From: Pseudomonadota bacterium
GTDB lineage: Bacteria > Pseudomonadota > Alphaproteobacteria > Rickettsiales > SXRF01
Assembly (NCBI GenBank): GCA_028873275.1
Contig: JAGWLJ010000001.1
Span: 1 to 36,177 of the forward strand
DNA: 36,177 nt
Direction: 5' to 3'
Shown: positions 1 through 8,012 of the stretch, piece after piece
Layout: the number at the start of each line of letters is the position of its first letter
How positions within the stretch are numbered: the first letter of the stretch is position 1
The notes under the pieces: model-generated
The model's database searches: none
The model's input: only the letters and a program-made list of their open reading frames with translations
What the model was told of the DNA's origin: nothing
Translations under genes and position numbers: made by a program

Positions 1-891
1 GACTTCGCGCCCGAGTACAGTGTAGGAAATGCGGCCATCCTGCGGGTTGCGCGTCTCGGCGATGTTCATGCCTGACATAATCTTGACGCGCACCGCCATC
101 GCCGACCAGTAGTCGCGGTGGAACGAGCGCACCTGCTGCATCTGCCCGTCGATGCGGTAACGTAGCCGCAAAAAGGTACCCTCCGGCTCGAAATGGATGT
201 CCGAGGCACCAGCTTTGATGGCATCCACCAGCAACGCATTGACCAGACGCACCGTCGGGTTAATGTAACCTTCTTGCCTGCCATCGAGCTTGGCGTTTTC
301 GCGGATGCCGGTTTCGATCTCGCGCAGAATACCATCAACAGAAATTTCATAGTCGTAATACTGGTCGATGAGTTCGAGGATTTCCGAATCGGTGCAGTAA
401 ATTGGCACGATCTTGGTGTTCTTCGGCATATGGCGGCGCACCTGGTCGATGGCCAGCACGTTGTACACATCGGCCATGGCTAGCTGCAACGTTTCATTCT
501 CGTAGGAGACCGGTATTACCTTATGGCGCGCCGCCAGTTCCTTGGGAATACGGCGCACTACGGTCGAATCGAGCATGGTCGATTTGGGATCGAATTTTTC
601 CGTACCTGACGATTCCGCCAACACCTCGCCCAGTGCGCTTTCAGTAACAAAACCCATTTCGACCAAGATGGCGCCGAAGAGTTTTTTGGTATTGCGCTGC
701 TCAGTAAGGACAATTTGCAACTGATCGGGAGAAATCAGGCCGAGATGCACCAGCTTTTCGCCAAGACGCACCGGCGGCTGCGTCGAGGCCGCCGATTCAA
801 CCTGCGCTAGCACCACCTCATCGCCAGACGTCTTGGCACTTTCAGCCAATGGGCCGTGCGATTTGTCCGATTTTGCAGAGTGGTTTGACAT
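1..891 (-). CDS. Type II secretion / type IV pilus assembly ATPase (GspE/PilB family). This is the N-terminal 297 codons; the C-terminus lies beyond the window start.
   Basis: Missing from the ORF track because it runs off the edge. My own translation of the minus strand from the ATG at 889-891 gives MSNHSAKSDK...VRLGEKLVHLGLISPDQLQIVLTEQR (T2SSE N-terminal domain pattern), then NPTVRLVNALLVDAIKAGASDIHFEPEG..LRLRYRIDG and MSGMNIAETRNPQDGRI, the conserved entry into the GspE/PilB ATPase core. Confidence 0.85.
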   Translation of the reverse strand, partial: MSNHSAKSDKSHGPLAESAKTSGDEVVLAQVESAASTQPPVRLGEKLVHLGLISPDQLQIVLTEQRNTKKLFGAILVEMGFVTESALGEVLAESSGTEKFDPKSTMLDSTVVRRIPKELAARHKVIPVSYENETLQLAMADVYNVLAIDQVRRHMPKNTKIVPIYCTDSEILELIDQYYDYEISVDGILREIETGIRENAKLDGRQEGYINPTVRLVNALLVDAIKAGASDIHFEPEGTFLRLRYRIDGQMQQVRSFHRDYWSAMAVRVKIMSGMNIAETRNPQDGRISYTVLGREV

Positions 892-1025
892 GGTCATTAC
901 ACGATATGGATACCGTCGATACGCACACCTGCGCACAACGACGCCAAGACACTCTATCAGTGTTAATCAGAAAAGATTGAAATTGGGTTAAGATATTGAG
1001 ATTAAAGCTATTCCTTAATTTTTTA

Positions 1026-4000
1026 TTAAGCAGCGACGGTACGCAGGTTCAGGCGCTTCAGGCAGACATCAATCCACAACATCGTCAGCTTTTCCTGCAC
1101 GGAATTTTGTTTCAGGCGCTCGTTTAAGTGTTCCCATGACACCGTATCTAGTAGTTGATCCTGATTGAAACAGGAATAGACGTAGCTTTCCGTGCCGGTC
1201 TCCGGATTAATGTGCTTCTGCAGGCACTGAGCGCAGATTTCCTTCATCATGCACTGCATCGGCGAGTTGATGCTGCCGATGGCCGTATGCTTCGGGTTCA
1301 TATAGGGAACGAGTGCCCCGTGCCGCGCCATGGCGACGGCGGCCATCATGCGGTCGGAACCGATGGCGATGAGGCGGTCAATGGAGGAAAATGTCACCTG
1401 CCTTTTGCCTATTTCGCCCTTGGCGTAGGCCACCATCGCCTCGACGATATTGCCATGGAACGAAGCGTCCTGCGGGCGATGTGCTGACAATGCTGTTTCA
1501 TCGCAGCACCAGATGACCTGATCGGCGGCGGCTTCGATTTCTGCGACTTTATAGCGGTCTATGGCTTTTTTGTATCCAGCAAAATACAGCACTTTCGATC
1601 CTTTTTCACGCGCTCTTTTTCCAATCGAAAACAGAACGGCATTGCCCAACCCACCGCCCGCCAACAGGATATTCTCACCCGCAGGAATGTGGGTCGGTGT
1701 GCCCGTCGGTCCCATCAGCACTACCGGCTCGCCGGGCTTCAAGTGGGCGCACAAATCCGACGATCCGCCCATTTCCAGCGCAATCACTGATACGAGGCCT
1801 TTTTCTCTATCCACCCAGGCGCCGGTCATGGCGAGGCCTTCCATGGCTAAAATAGTGGTCGGGATTCGGAATTCGGGATCTGGGGAAATATTTTTTTCCT
1901 GAATCCTCAAAGCGAGTGCTTCAAAATTCTGGAGTCTGTAGAATTGCCCCGGCTCGAATCGTGCTGCCGCTAGCGGCGCATGGATGACAACTTCCACAAT
2001 CGTTGGCGTTAGCCGCTTCACTTCATGCACCGTTGCACGCAGCTGTGCGTTGATATTCTGCAAAAACTTCTGGCTGACGCGCGGACGGCTTTTTTTAAGC
2101 ACCCGCGTCACCACCGGATATCCCTGCTTGGCGCTGCCCATGGCCTTGACCACGTTGCCCGCGAACGACGGATGCAGATCGCCGAAAAAACTGACCGAGC
2201 AACCCGCACCGCCCGAGGCCATCAACACCTGCGGTGTGGTGGGCTTGGCAATCCGCCCCGGCGACACCGGATTTCCTTCCTCATCCACCGCGCGGAAATA
2301 TTTTCCATCGAGCTCAAAATGTTCAGTGTCCTCGCGAGCAAGCACCGTATTGGGATTGGTCCCGGCAGCCACAAGAATAGCACGCGCCGGAATGGAAATG
2401 GTCTCCATCGTGCCAGATTTTTTCAGCGTGATGCTGGCTGCATGGCCAAAATGATCAACATCAATATGCGCCGGTTCCCAGTTTTCCGCGAAGAAAATTC
2501 CTTCCTCGAACGCTTTTTCCACTTCCTCGTGATTGAGCCGATAGCTCGGTGCGTCGATCAGCCGCTTGCGGTACACTAGTTTGACGCCACCCCACTCATC
2601 CAGTAAGGTGAATATATCCGGATTTGCTTTTTTTCTCTCCTCGCGAATGGCGCGCCCGTGCGTGATAAATTCCTCGGCGATGATGTTATCTTCCTCGCTC
2701 CAGCCCGCGCGCACCACCTGCTCGCCGCACTCGACCACTAGCGCCTCATAGCGGGTGAGGAATTTTTCCACCTGCACCGAGTAATAGGCCAGCGATTCGG
2801 TCGCCGTATCAATGGCCGTAAGCCCACCGCCGATGACCACCACCGGCAGGCGCAACTGCAGATTGGCAATCGAATCTTTTTTCGCCGCACCCGTCAGCTG
2901 CAGCGCCATCAAGAAATCCGATGCCGCACGCACACCGCGCGCCATGCCGTTTTTCATGTCAATCAGCGTTGGCCGCCCAGCGCCCATGCACAACGCGATA
3001 TGATCAAACCCCAGCGCATGCGCGTTTTCGTAAGTGAGCGATGAGCCGAAACGCACGCCACCGATCATCGAAAATTCGGCACGACGTTCCAAAAGCAGGC
3101 GAATGATTTTGAGATAATTTTTATCCCAACGCACGGTGATGCCGTATTCGGCGACGCCACCAAACCCAGCCAGACTACGTTCATCCAGCGATTCTGTGAG
3201 CGTGGAGATATCTTTGATTGGTTCGAACGACACGCGCTCACCCGTAGCAGTGACGCCGGAAATATGTTCCGCCACCGGCTCGATTTTAAGCCCGTCCACG
3301 CCGACCACCACATGCCCGTCATTCATCAGATGATGCGCCAGCGTGTAACCCGCCGGGCCGAGCCCGGCCACCAGCACCTTGTAGCCGCTTTCCTTTTTCG
3401 GCAGCGGGCGTTCGAAGTTGAGCGGGTTCCAGCGCGTGAGCAGCGAATAAATCTCAAAGCCATAGGGCAATGCAAGAATATCTTTCAGCGTGCGCGTTTC
3501 GGCCTGCGGTATATTGACCGGATCCTGCTTCTGGTAGATACAAGATTTCATGCAATCGTTGCAGATGCGGTGCCCGGTGCCAGCGCACATCGGATTGTCG
3601 ATTACCACCACTGCCAGCGCACCAAGCGGGAAACCTCTGGATTTTATCTCATTCATTTCAGATATTTTTTCTTCCAGCGGGCAACCAGCAAGAGTGATGC
3701 CGAGAGTACTTTTTTTATATTGCGTGTTCTGTGTTCCGCGTTTCGCGCCCAAGCCGTCTGCCGCACTAGACAGAGAACCTGGAATACTGAGCACTTTCTC
3801 TTTCATGCCTTTCGAGCAGGAATCCCGGCCATGATGATGGCAGAAAATGCAGTAATGCGAGTTATCCAGCGCCTGCGCCAGCGAGCCACCGTCATCGGTC
3901 AGCGCGAATCCTTGTCGCGCGCGCAAGTGATTTTTCGGCAATCGCAGCACCTGTATCCCATCGCGATTCTCAGTCTCCACCGGCACCAGATGTTCGGGAT

Positions 4001-4574
4001 CAAGTTTTTTTGGTTGCTTGAAGAGGATCCCATGCGCATGCCGCTGACACCCAGCTTCCGAATAGAGCGCCCACGCGGCATAGCGGCTGGCGATTTCCAG
4101 CAGCGATTTATGATCCTCTTCCTTTTCCAACCAGCCCATGACGACTGTGGCGAACACCATTTCGAAATGCTCATCCTCCACCGGTACCAATGGAAGCATG
4201 CCCAACAATGCATCGCCGCTGACATGCCTGGCTTCTTCCGGTGTCAATGTCTTGGCGGCACGACGCTGCACGAAGATTCGCTTACAGGAATACAGCGGCG
4301 CAAGTTGGTGATGCTGCTCTGCCAAATACCGCAATTCTTTTTCGATGCCGAACAGTTTGCCGATGAAATCTTCTACCTGCGGCGCGAGATCTAGAAGTAG
4401 CTGTGAATGGTCTTTGTTCGCCAGCGATGTCGGCTCGGCGCGAGAGGCCATGAACCGGTTAAAAAGCGCCACATCCGCAGCCTTCAGCACACCCACGAAC
4501 GTCGCATCGAGCTTGATCAGCCCGTCGCGCGTATAAAGGTCATCGAAAGAAATGCCGAAGGCGAGCTGCATCAT
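1026..4574 (-). CDS. Large multidomain iron-sulfur flavoprotein. It has an unknown N-terminal region of about 240 aa, a GltD/SudA(NfnB)-like Fe-S plus FAD/NAD(P) oxidoreductase module, and a PyrK/SudB(NfnA)-like FNR module with a C-terminal 2Fe-2S cysteine motif.
   Basis: 1182-aa ORF. Cys clusters CIFCHHHGRDSC, GCPLEEK and CAGTGHRICNDCMKSC. Dinucleotide-binding motifs VLVAGLGPAGYT and VVVIGGGLTAIDTA. FNR-like RFEPGQFYRL and ILLAGGGLGNAVL, then MQCMMKEICAQC...C near the C-terminus. The start ATG overlaps the upstream stop (TGATG at 4572-4576). Confidence 0.8.
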   Translation of the reverse strand: MMQLAFGISFDDLYTRDGLIKLDATFVGVLKAADVALFNRFMASRAEPTSLANKDHSQLLLDLAPQVEDFIGKLFGIEKELRYLAEQHHQLAPLYSCKRIFVQRRAAKTLTPEEARHVSGDALLGMLPLVPVEDEHFEMVFATVVMGWLEKEEDHKSLLEIASRYAAWALYSEAGCQRHAHGILFKQPKKLDPEHLVPVETENRDGIQVLRLPKNHLRARQGFALTDDGGSLAQALDNSHYCIFCHHHGRDSCSKGMKEKVLSIPGSLSSAADGLGAKRGTQNTQYKKSTLGITLAGCPLEEKISEMNEIKSRGFPLGALAVVVIDNPMCAGTGHRICNDCMKSCIYQKQDPVNIPQAETRTLKDILALPYGFEIYSLLTRWNPLNFERPLPKKESGYKVLVAGLGPAGYTLAHHLMNDGHVVVGVDGLKIEPVAEHISGVTATGERVSFEPIKDISTLTESLDERSLAGFGGVAEYGITVRWDKNYLKIIRLLLERRAEFSMIGGVRFGSSLTYENAHALGFDHIALCMGAGRPTLIDMKNGMARGVRAASDFLMALQLTGAAKKDSIANLQLRLPVVVIGGGLTAIDTATESLAYYSVQVEKFLTRYEALVVECGEQVVRAGWSEEDNIIAEEFITHGRAIREERKKANPDIFTLLDEWGGVKLVYRKRLIDAPSYRLNHEEVEKAFEEGIFFAENWEPAHIDVDHFGHAASITLKKSGTMETISIPARAILVAAGTNPNTVLAREDTEHFELDGKYFRAVDEEGNPVSPGRIAKPTTPQVLMASGGAGCSVSFFGDLHPSFAGNVVKAMGSAKQGYPVVTRVLKKSRPRVSQKFLQNINAQLRATVHEVKRLTPTIVEVVIHAPLAAARFEPGQFYRLQNFEALALRIQEKNISPDPEFRIPTTILAMEGLAMTGAWVDREKGLVSVIALEMGGSSDLCAHLKPGEPVVLMGPTGTPTHIPAGENILLAGGGLGNAVLFSIGKRAREKGSKVLYFAGYKKAIDRYKVAEIEAAADQVIWCCDETALSAHRPQDASFHGNIVEAMVAYAKGEIGKRQVTFSSIDRLIAIGSDRMMAAVAMARHGALVPYMNPKHTAIGSINSPMQCMMKEICAQCLQKHINPETGTESYVYSCFNQDQLLDTVSWEHLNERLKQNSVQEKLTMLWIDVCLKRLNLRTVAA

Positions 4575-6559
4575 CAGATACCCATTCCGCCGAATTCATT
4601 CGGACTTTCCACCGCCAGATGCTTCACCGGCTCAACCAAATGGTGCTCGACATAATTCACCAGCGCCTCGACGCTCTCCTCAACGCTCATCTTTTCCGTG
4701 TCGATGACGAGGTCGAGGCTTTCCGGCTCTTCATACGGCGCGCTGATGCCGGTGAATTCCTTGATCTCCCCTGCCCGCGCCTTTTTATACAGCCCCTTGG
4801 TGTCGCGTTTCTCACAGGTTTTCAGCGACGCCTTGATATAGATATTGTGAAAAAATTCCGGCGCCATGGCGCGCACGCAGCGGCGGTCATCCTGATACGG
4901 CGAGATGAACGAGCTGATGACGATGGTACCCGACTGCGCGAACAATGCCGCCACTTCGCCGACGCGGCGGATATTCTCGCTACGGTCTTCCGGCGCAAAG
5001 CCAAGGTCGCGGTTGAGGCCTTTCCTGATATTGTCGCCGTCGAGCGCAAACACGTGGTAGCCCTTGTCGAACAGACGCTTCTGCAGGAGTTTAGCCAACG
5101 TCGATTTACCGGAGCCGGACAGCCCGGTGAACCACAGCACGCCACCGAAATGCCCGTTCATCAGCGCGCGGGCTTCGTGCGTGACGCCGAAATCAACGCC
5201 GACAATATTTTTCGATTTGACCTGCGAGGGTTTGGCGGCGCGCTGGTCGAAGAAACCCTCCGTGCTGATGATGCCGCCGCCAGCGACGTCATAATCCTGC
5301 AAAATAACAAAACGCCCGATCCTGGGATTGACAGAAAAATCATCGACCGCCACCTGTGATCGCGTGCGGAAAATCACCTCGGCAACCTGCCCGCACTCGA
5401 CCTGCGACGCCTTCACCTGCCCGAGCGATTCGGCGTCAATGATATGCTCGATGATTTTTATCTCGGCCAACGTTTCCGTGGTACCAATCTTGATTTTATA
5501 ACGTTTCTGCACTTCCAGGGGCTTGCGCCCCAGCCAGAAAATCCGCGCGCGGAATTGATTGGTCAGCATTGGCGCGCCTTTCACGTGACTGATGACATGC
5601 CCGCGTTCGACGAAAATCTGGTCAGTCAGCGTAATACCCACCGATTGCCCGGCAGACGCGCTTCGAGGTTTTTCCTTTTCCGGCCAGGCCTCGATGCCGG
5701 CAACTTTCGCCTGCACGTTACTCGGCGAAAATAATAATGTATCGCCGACACGCAGTATCCCGCTTTCGATGCGCCCGGCGATGATGCGCCGCTGGTCGAA
5801 CTTGTACACATCCTGCACGGGAAACCGCAGCGACAGGTGATCTTCTGCCGCCGACGTACCGAAATAGTCAAGGGAGCCGATAACGCTGTCACCTTCATAC
5901 CACTTCATCTGCGCCGACGCCAATGCGACGTTGTCACCCTCGCGCGCTGAGATTGGAATGAAGCAGGTGGGATCGATGTCGACGCTTTTCAAATACTCGC
6001 GGTATTCGTGCTCAATGGCGCGGAAGATTTTTTCATCATAGCCCACCATGTCCATCTTGTTGACCAACACGGCAATCTGTCGCACGCCGAGCAGGTGCAG
6101 CAGGTAGCCGTGGCGGCGGCTCTGCTCACGGATACCTTCATGCGCGTCAATGAGCAGCAGCGCCGCGTCGGCCTGCGCCGCACCGGTGATCATGTTTTTG
6201 AGGAACTCCTTGTGCCCCGGTGCGTCGATGATGACAACGTCGCGATGCGATGTGCGTAACCAGATTTGCGTCGTGTCGATGGTGATACCCTGATCGCGCT
6301 CTGTCTGCAGTGCGTCCATCAAAAACGACCACTCGAACGACATCCCGCGTTTCTCGCAACTCGCCTTGATGGCGGCGAACTTACCTTCGGGCAGCGAATC
6401 GGTGTCGTGCAGCAACCGCCCGACCAGCGTTGATTTCCCGTGATCAACATGACCGACGATGACGAGTTTGAGCGGCGGCTTGGGGCCAGTTGTCAGTTGA
6501 CAGTTGTCAGTTGACAGTGATGGTTCCTGCACAATCTTCTTTTCTTTTACATTTTTCAT
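4574..6559 (-). CDS. Bifunctional CysN-like GTPase / adenylylsulfate (APS) kinase CysC fusion. The GTPase half has EF-1alpha-like motifs.
   Basis: The ORF track gives 4574..6682, but its first 41 codons read through tRNA-Val. The first ATG after the tRNA is at 6557-6559 (MKNVKEKK...). GTPase motifs are [14 protein letters not shown] and NKMD. The domain II motif is [12 protein letters not shown]. The C-terminal APS kinase has the P-loop [11 protein letters not shown] and the FISPY..DR motif. Confidence 0.85.
   Translation of the reverse strand: MKNVKEKKIVQEPSLSTDNCQLTTGPKPPLKLVIVGHVDHGKSTLVGRLLHDTDSLPEGKFAAIKASCEKRGMSFEWSFLMDALQTERDQGITIDTTQIWLRTSHRDVVIIDAPGHKEFLKNMITGAAQADAALLLIDAHEGIREQSRRHGYLLHLLGVRQIAVLVNKMDMVGYDEKIFRAIEHEYREYLKSVDIDPTCFIPISAREGDNVALASAQMKWYEGDSVIGSLDYFGTSAAEDHLSLRFPVQDVYKFDQRRIIAGRIESGILRVGDTLLFSPSNVQAKVAGIEAWPEKEKPRSASAGQSVGITLTDQIFVERGHVISHVKGAPMLTNQFRARIFWLGRKPLEVQKRYKIKIGTTETLAEIKIIEHIIDAESLGQVKASQVECGQVAEVIFRTRSQVAVDDFSVNPRIGRFVILQDYDVAGGGIISTEGFFDQRAAKPSQVKSKNIVGVDFGVTHEARALMNGHFGGVLWFTGLSGSGKSTLAKLLQKRLFDKGYHVFALDGDNIRKGLNRDLGFAPEDRSENIRRVGEVAALFAQSGTIVISSFISPYQDDRRCVRAMAPEFFHNIYIKASLKTCEKRDTKGLYKKARAGEIKEFTGISAPYEEPESLDLVIDTEKMSVEESVEALVNYVEHHLVEPVKHLAVESPNEFGGMGI
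6487..6520. repeat. Tandem 14-nt direct repeat CAGTTGTCAGTTGA, two full copies plus a partial CAGTGA, inside the N-terminal extension of the cysNC-like CDS.
   Basis: Read directly: 6487-6500 and 6501-14 are identical and 6515-20 is a partial third copy. A complementary 10-mer (CTGACAACTG on the + strand) lies at 6563-6572, just upstream of the start codon. Confidence 0.9.
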
Positions 6560-6620
6560 ACTCTGACAACTGATAACCGGTAACTGGCGTAAGCCACCCG
6601 AAGTTCCGCAGGGCGTAGGG

Positions 6621-6697
6621 TGGTGGGCGGCAGAGGGCTCGAACCTCCGACCTCTACGGTGTGAACGTAGCGCTCTGACCAACTGAGCTAGCCGCCC
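6621..6697 (-). tRNA. tRNA-Val (anticodon CAC), CCA encoded.
   Basis: Minus strand folds as GGGCGGC TA GCTC AGTTGGTCA GAGC G CTACG TTCACAC CGTAG AGGTC GGAGG TTCGAGC CCTCT GCCGCCC A CCA. This is a full cloverleaf with a TTCGA T-loop and anticodon CAC in a 7-nt loop. Confidence 0.93.
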
Positions 6698-6708
6698 GCG
6701 CGGGTGGT

Positions 6709-6737
6709 TATATAAACGGCGGAGAAATGATTTACAA
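6709..6737 (-). promoter_or_regulatory. Putative sigma70-type promoter of tRNA-Val (TTGTAA-17 nt-TATATA on the minus strand), followed by a GC-rich discriminator.
   Basis: Minus strand reads TTGTAA atcatttctccgccgtt TATATA accacccgcgc, then the tRNA 5' end at 6697. The spacing is right for a short leader. Confidence 0.4.
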
Positions 6738-6788
6738 TCGTATTGTGAGGACTAGACGTTTTTATCATGTTCCTCAAATAAATACCGG

Positions 6789-6806
6789 CTGTCACAAAAC
6801 TGTCAC
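6789..6806 (+). promoter_or_regulatory. Pho box-like PhoB binding site, CTGTCAC AAAA CTGTCAC.
   Basis: Two CTGTCAC heptamers with an 11-nt period. This is a 17/18 match to the E. coli consensus CTGTCATA(A/T)A(T/A)CTGTCA(C/T). It lies in an AT-rich spacer. Confidence 0.55.
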
Positions 6807-6900
6807 AAACCGGGAAATCCATTTTTCATTAAAATGTAATGCACTTTTGGAGAAGGATGGGCTAAGATTTAACTCAAGAACGCGTTTGAGAATCGTAGCC

Positions 6901-7071
6901 ATGCCCATTTGGAACAAACCAATAGATCATATTAAAGAAATCCAAGGAATGGATACATTGGGTGAATTCCATCCTCTGCCTGATGTGCAAAGAAGCGCTC
7001 ATCCAAGCGGCTTACCAAATAATTTGAAAGGCAATGCTACTCCGGGCCGAAATGGCCCGCGTACGCCCTAA
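6901..7071 (+). CDS. Possible small orphan protein (56 aa). This is a very weak call and the region may instead be non-coding or an sRNA.
   Basis: It is the only ATG-initiated reading frame downstream of the Pho box (MPIWNKPIDHIKEIQGMDTLGEF...). The region is AT-rich, the SD is weak (GAGA), and I recognise no motif. Confidence 0.2.
   Translation: MPIWNKPIDHIKEIQGMDTLGEFHPLPDVQRSAHPSGLPNNLKGNATPGRNGPRTP
7043..7059. terminator. Short GC hairpin CGGGCC-GAAAT-GGCCCG between the convergent small ORF and phaR. It is a possible terminator.
   Basis: A 6-bp GC stem lying 24 nt past the phaR stop on the minus strand. There is no clear U-tract on either strand. Confidence 0.25.
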
Positions 7072-7082
7072 TAAAATCAGGC

Positions 7083-7610
7083 TTACCGCTTCGCGCGGGC
7101 TTTGCGCTCTTCCTTGACTTCTTCCTGCGCTTCTTCCTCGCGGCCGCTGAACATCTGGCCGAACGGGTTGAACATCTGCATGGTCTTTTCAAAGAAGGCA
7201 ACGTTCTGCCGCGTGATCTCCTCAAACGGATTGAGCGGCGACAGGTCTTCCACCGCCTTGCCCATCATGCTCTGCATGCGCTCCTGGTTGTTGAGGAAGG
7301 TATTCATGCTGGCCTCCAGATAATGCTGCAGCACGTCATGCATCTTGTCGTCGTAAAAGCGGATGACGGAGCGCAGGAAGCCGGTAGGCAGCATCTGGAA
7401 TCCCTTGGTCTCCTGCTCGAAAATAATCTGCGTCAGCACCTGGCGCGTCAGATCCTGCCCGGTCTTGGCGTCAAGCACGACGAACTGCCTGCCCGCCTTG
7501 ACGCGCTCGCACAGGTCCTCCAGCGTGATATACGCACTGGTTTCGGTATCATAGAGACGCCGGTTGGCGTATTTCTTGATGACCACGGGTTTCGGTTCTT
7601 TCGTTTGCAT
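7083..7610 (-). CDS. phaR: Polyhydroxyalkanoate synthesis repressor PhaR.
   Basis: 175 aa. The N-terminus IKKYANRRLYDTETSAYITLEDL is the characteristic PhaR DNA-binding motif. A PHB/PHA accumulation regulator domain and a charged tail follow. SD AAGAGG lies upstream. Confidence 0.9.
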   Translation of the reverse strand: MQTKEPKPVVIKKYANRRLYDTETSAYITLEDLCERVKAGRQFVVLDAKTGQDLTRQVLTQIIFEQETKGFQMLPTGFLRSVIRFYDDKMHDVLQHYLEASMNTFLNNQERMQSMMGKAVEDLSPLNPFEEITRQNVAFFEKTMQMFNPFGQMFSGREEEAQEEVKEERKARAKR

Positions 7611-7679
7611 AAGCCTCTTATTGCGTTATAACTAGCCAATAAATTGTCATATTTTTACCATTAAAGGAGGTTTTTTGCA

Positions 7680-8012
7680 ATGCAAAATACGCCTTACCAG
7701 CAATTCGCCCGGGAATTCATGGAACTATGGCAGAAACAGGTTTCCAGCGCCATGAGTGACAAACAATTTATCCACGCTATGCTGGAGATGTTGCAATCCA
7801 TGCAGGCCCCGATTCATGAAACCTCCGCCAAGCCCGCCCCTGCCGCTGCTGCCGATGCATCTGGCGCTGAGCCTCGGCTGCTGGCTGAGCTCGCCTTTCG
7901 CCTGGGCCTCTGCGAAAAACGGCTGGCCAGCCTCGAGCAGCAATTACAGCCCCGAAAGCCACGCCGCCCTGCGGCAGGCCCTCGCCGGCGAGGCAAAAAG
8001 CCGCGCGCATGA
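7680..8012 (+). CDS. Small ORF with an excellent RBS. It is either an independent small protein or the true, frameshifted 5' end of the PhaC-like gene.
   Basis: AAAGGAGG lies 9 nt before the ATG at 7680. Native-looking codons run through about 7800-7940 (MQNTPYQQFAREFMELWQKQV...LASLEQQL). The last 20 or so codons are Arg/Pro-rich (PRKPRRPAAGPRRRGKKPRA), which is typical of out-of-frame reading. Confidence 0.4.
   Translation: MQNTPYQQFAREFMELWQKQVSSAMSDKQFIHAMLEMLQSMQAPIHETSAKPAPAAAADASGAEPRLLAELAFRLGLCEKRLASLEQQLQPRKPRRPAAGPRRRGKKPRA

Noticed and set aside
892-1025. AT-rich spacer between the flavoprotein stop and the GspE/PilB start, with loosely repeated GATTGAAATT / GATATTGAGATT.
   Set aside because: The repeats are too degenerate to call and I could not fit any clear promoter consensus. 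This is probably just the pilB-like promoter region.
3264-4394. 376-aa ORF on the plus strand, plus other plus-strand ORFs in 1155-4655.
   Set aside because: They are antisense to the 1182-aa flavoprotein gene, which has clear cofactor motifs. I see no motifs in the plus-strand products.
6560-6682. N-terminal 41 codons of the ORF-track version of the cysNC-like gene ([21 protein letters not shown]...).
   Set aside because: This stretch is the reverse reading of tRNA-Val (6621-6697) and its 3' flank. The real start is the ATG at 6559.
6727-6900. Upstream part of the 114-aa plus-strand ORF.
   Set aside because: It begins inside the tRNA-Val promoter region and reads through the Pho box. It has AT-rich, non-native codons. 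Only the ATG at 6901 downstream of the Pho box is kept, at low confidence.
7644-7661. Second Pho-box-like sequence TTGTCAT ATTT TTACCAT in the phaR/phaC-like divergent region.
   Set aside because: The second half-site matches only 4/7. At PhoB-type spacing the transcription start would fall after the ATG at 7680 and after its SD. This is probably chance in an AT-rich promoter region, though a repressive or phaR-directed role cannot be excluded.
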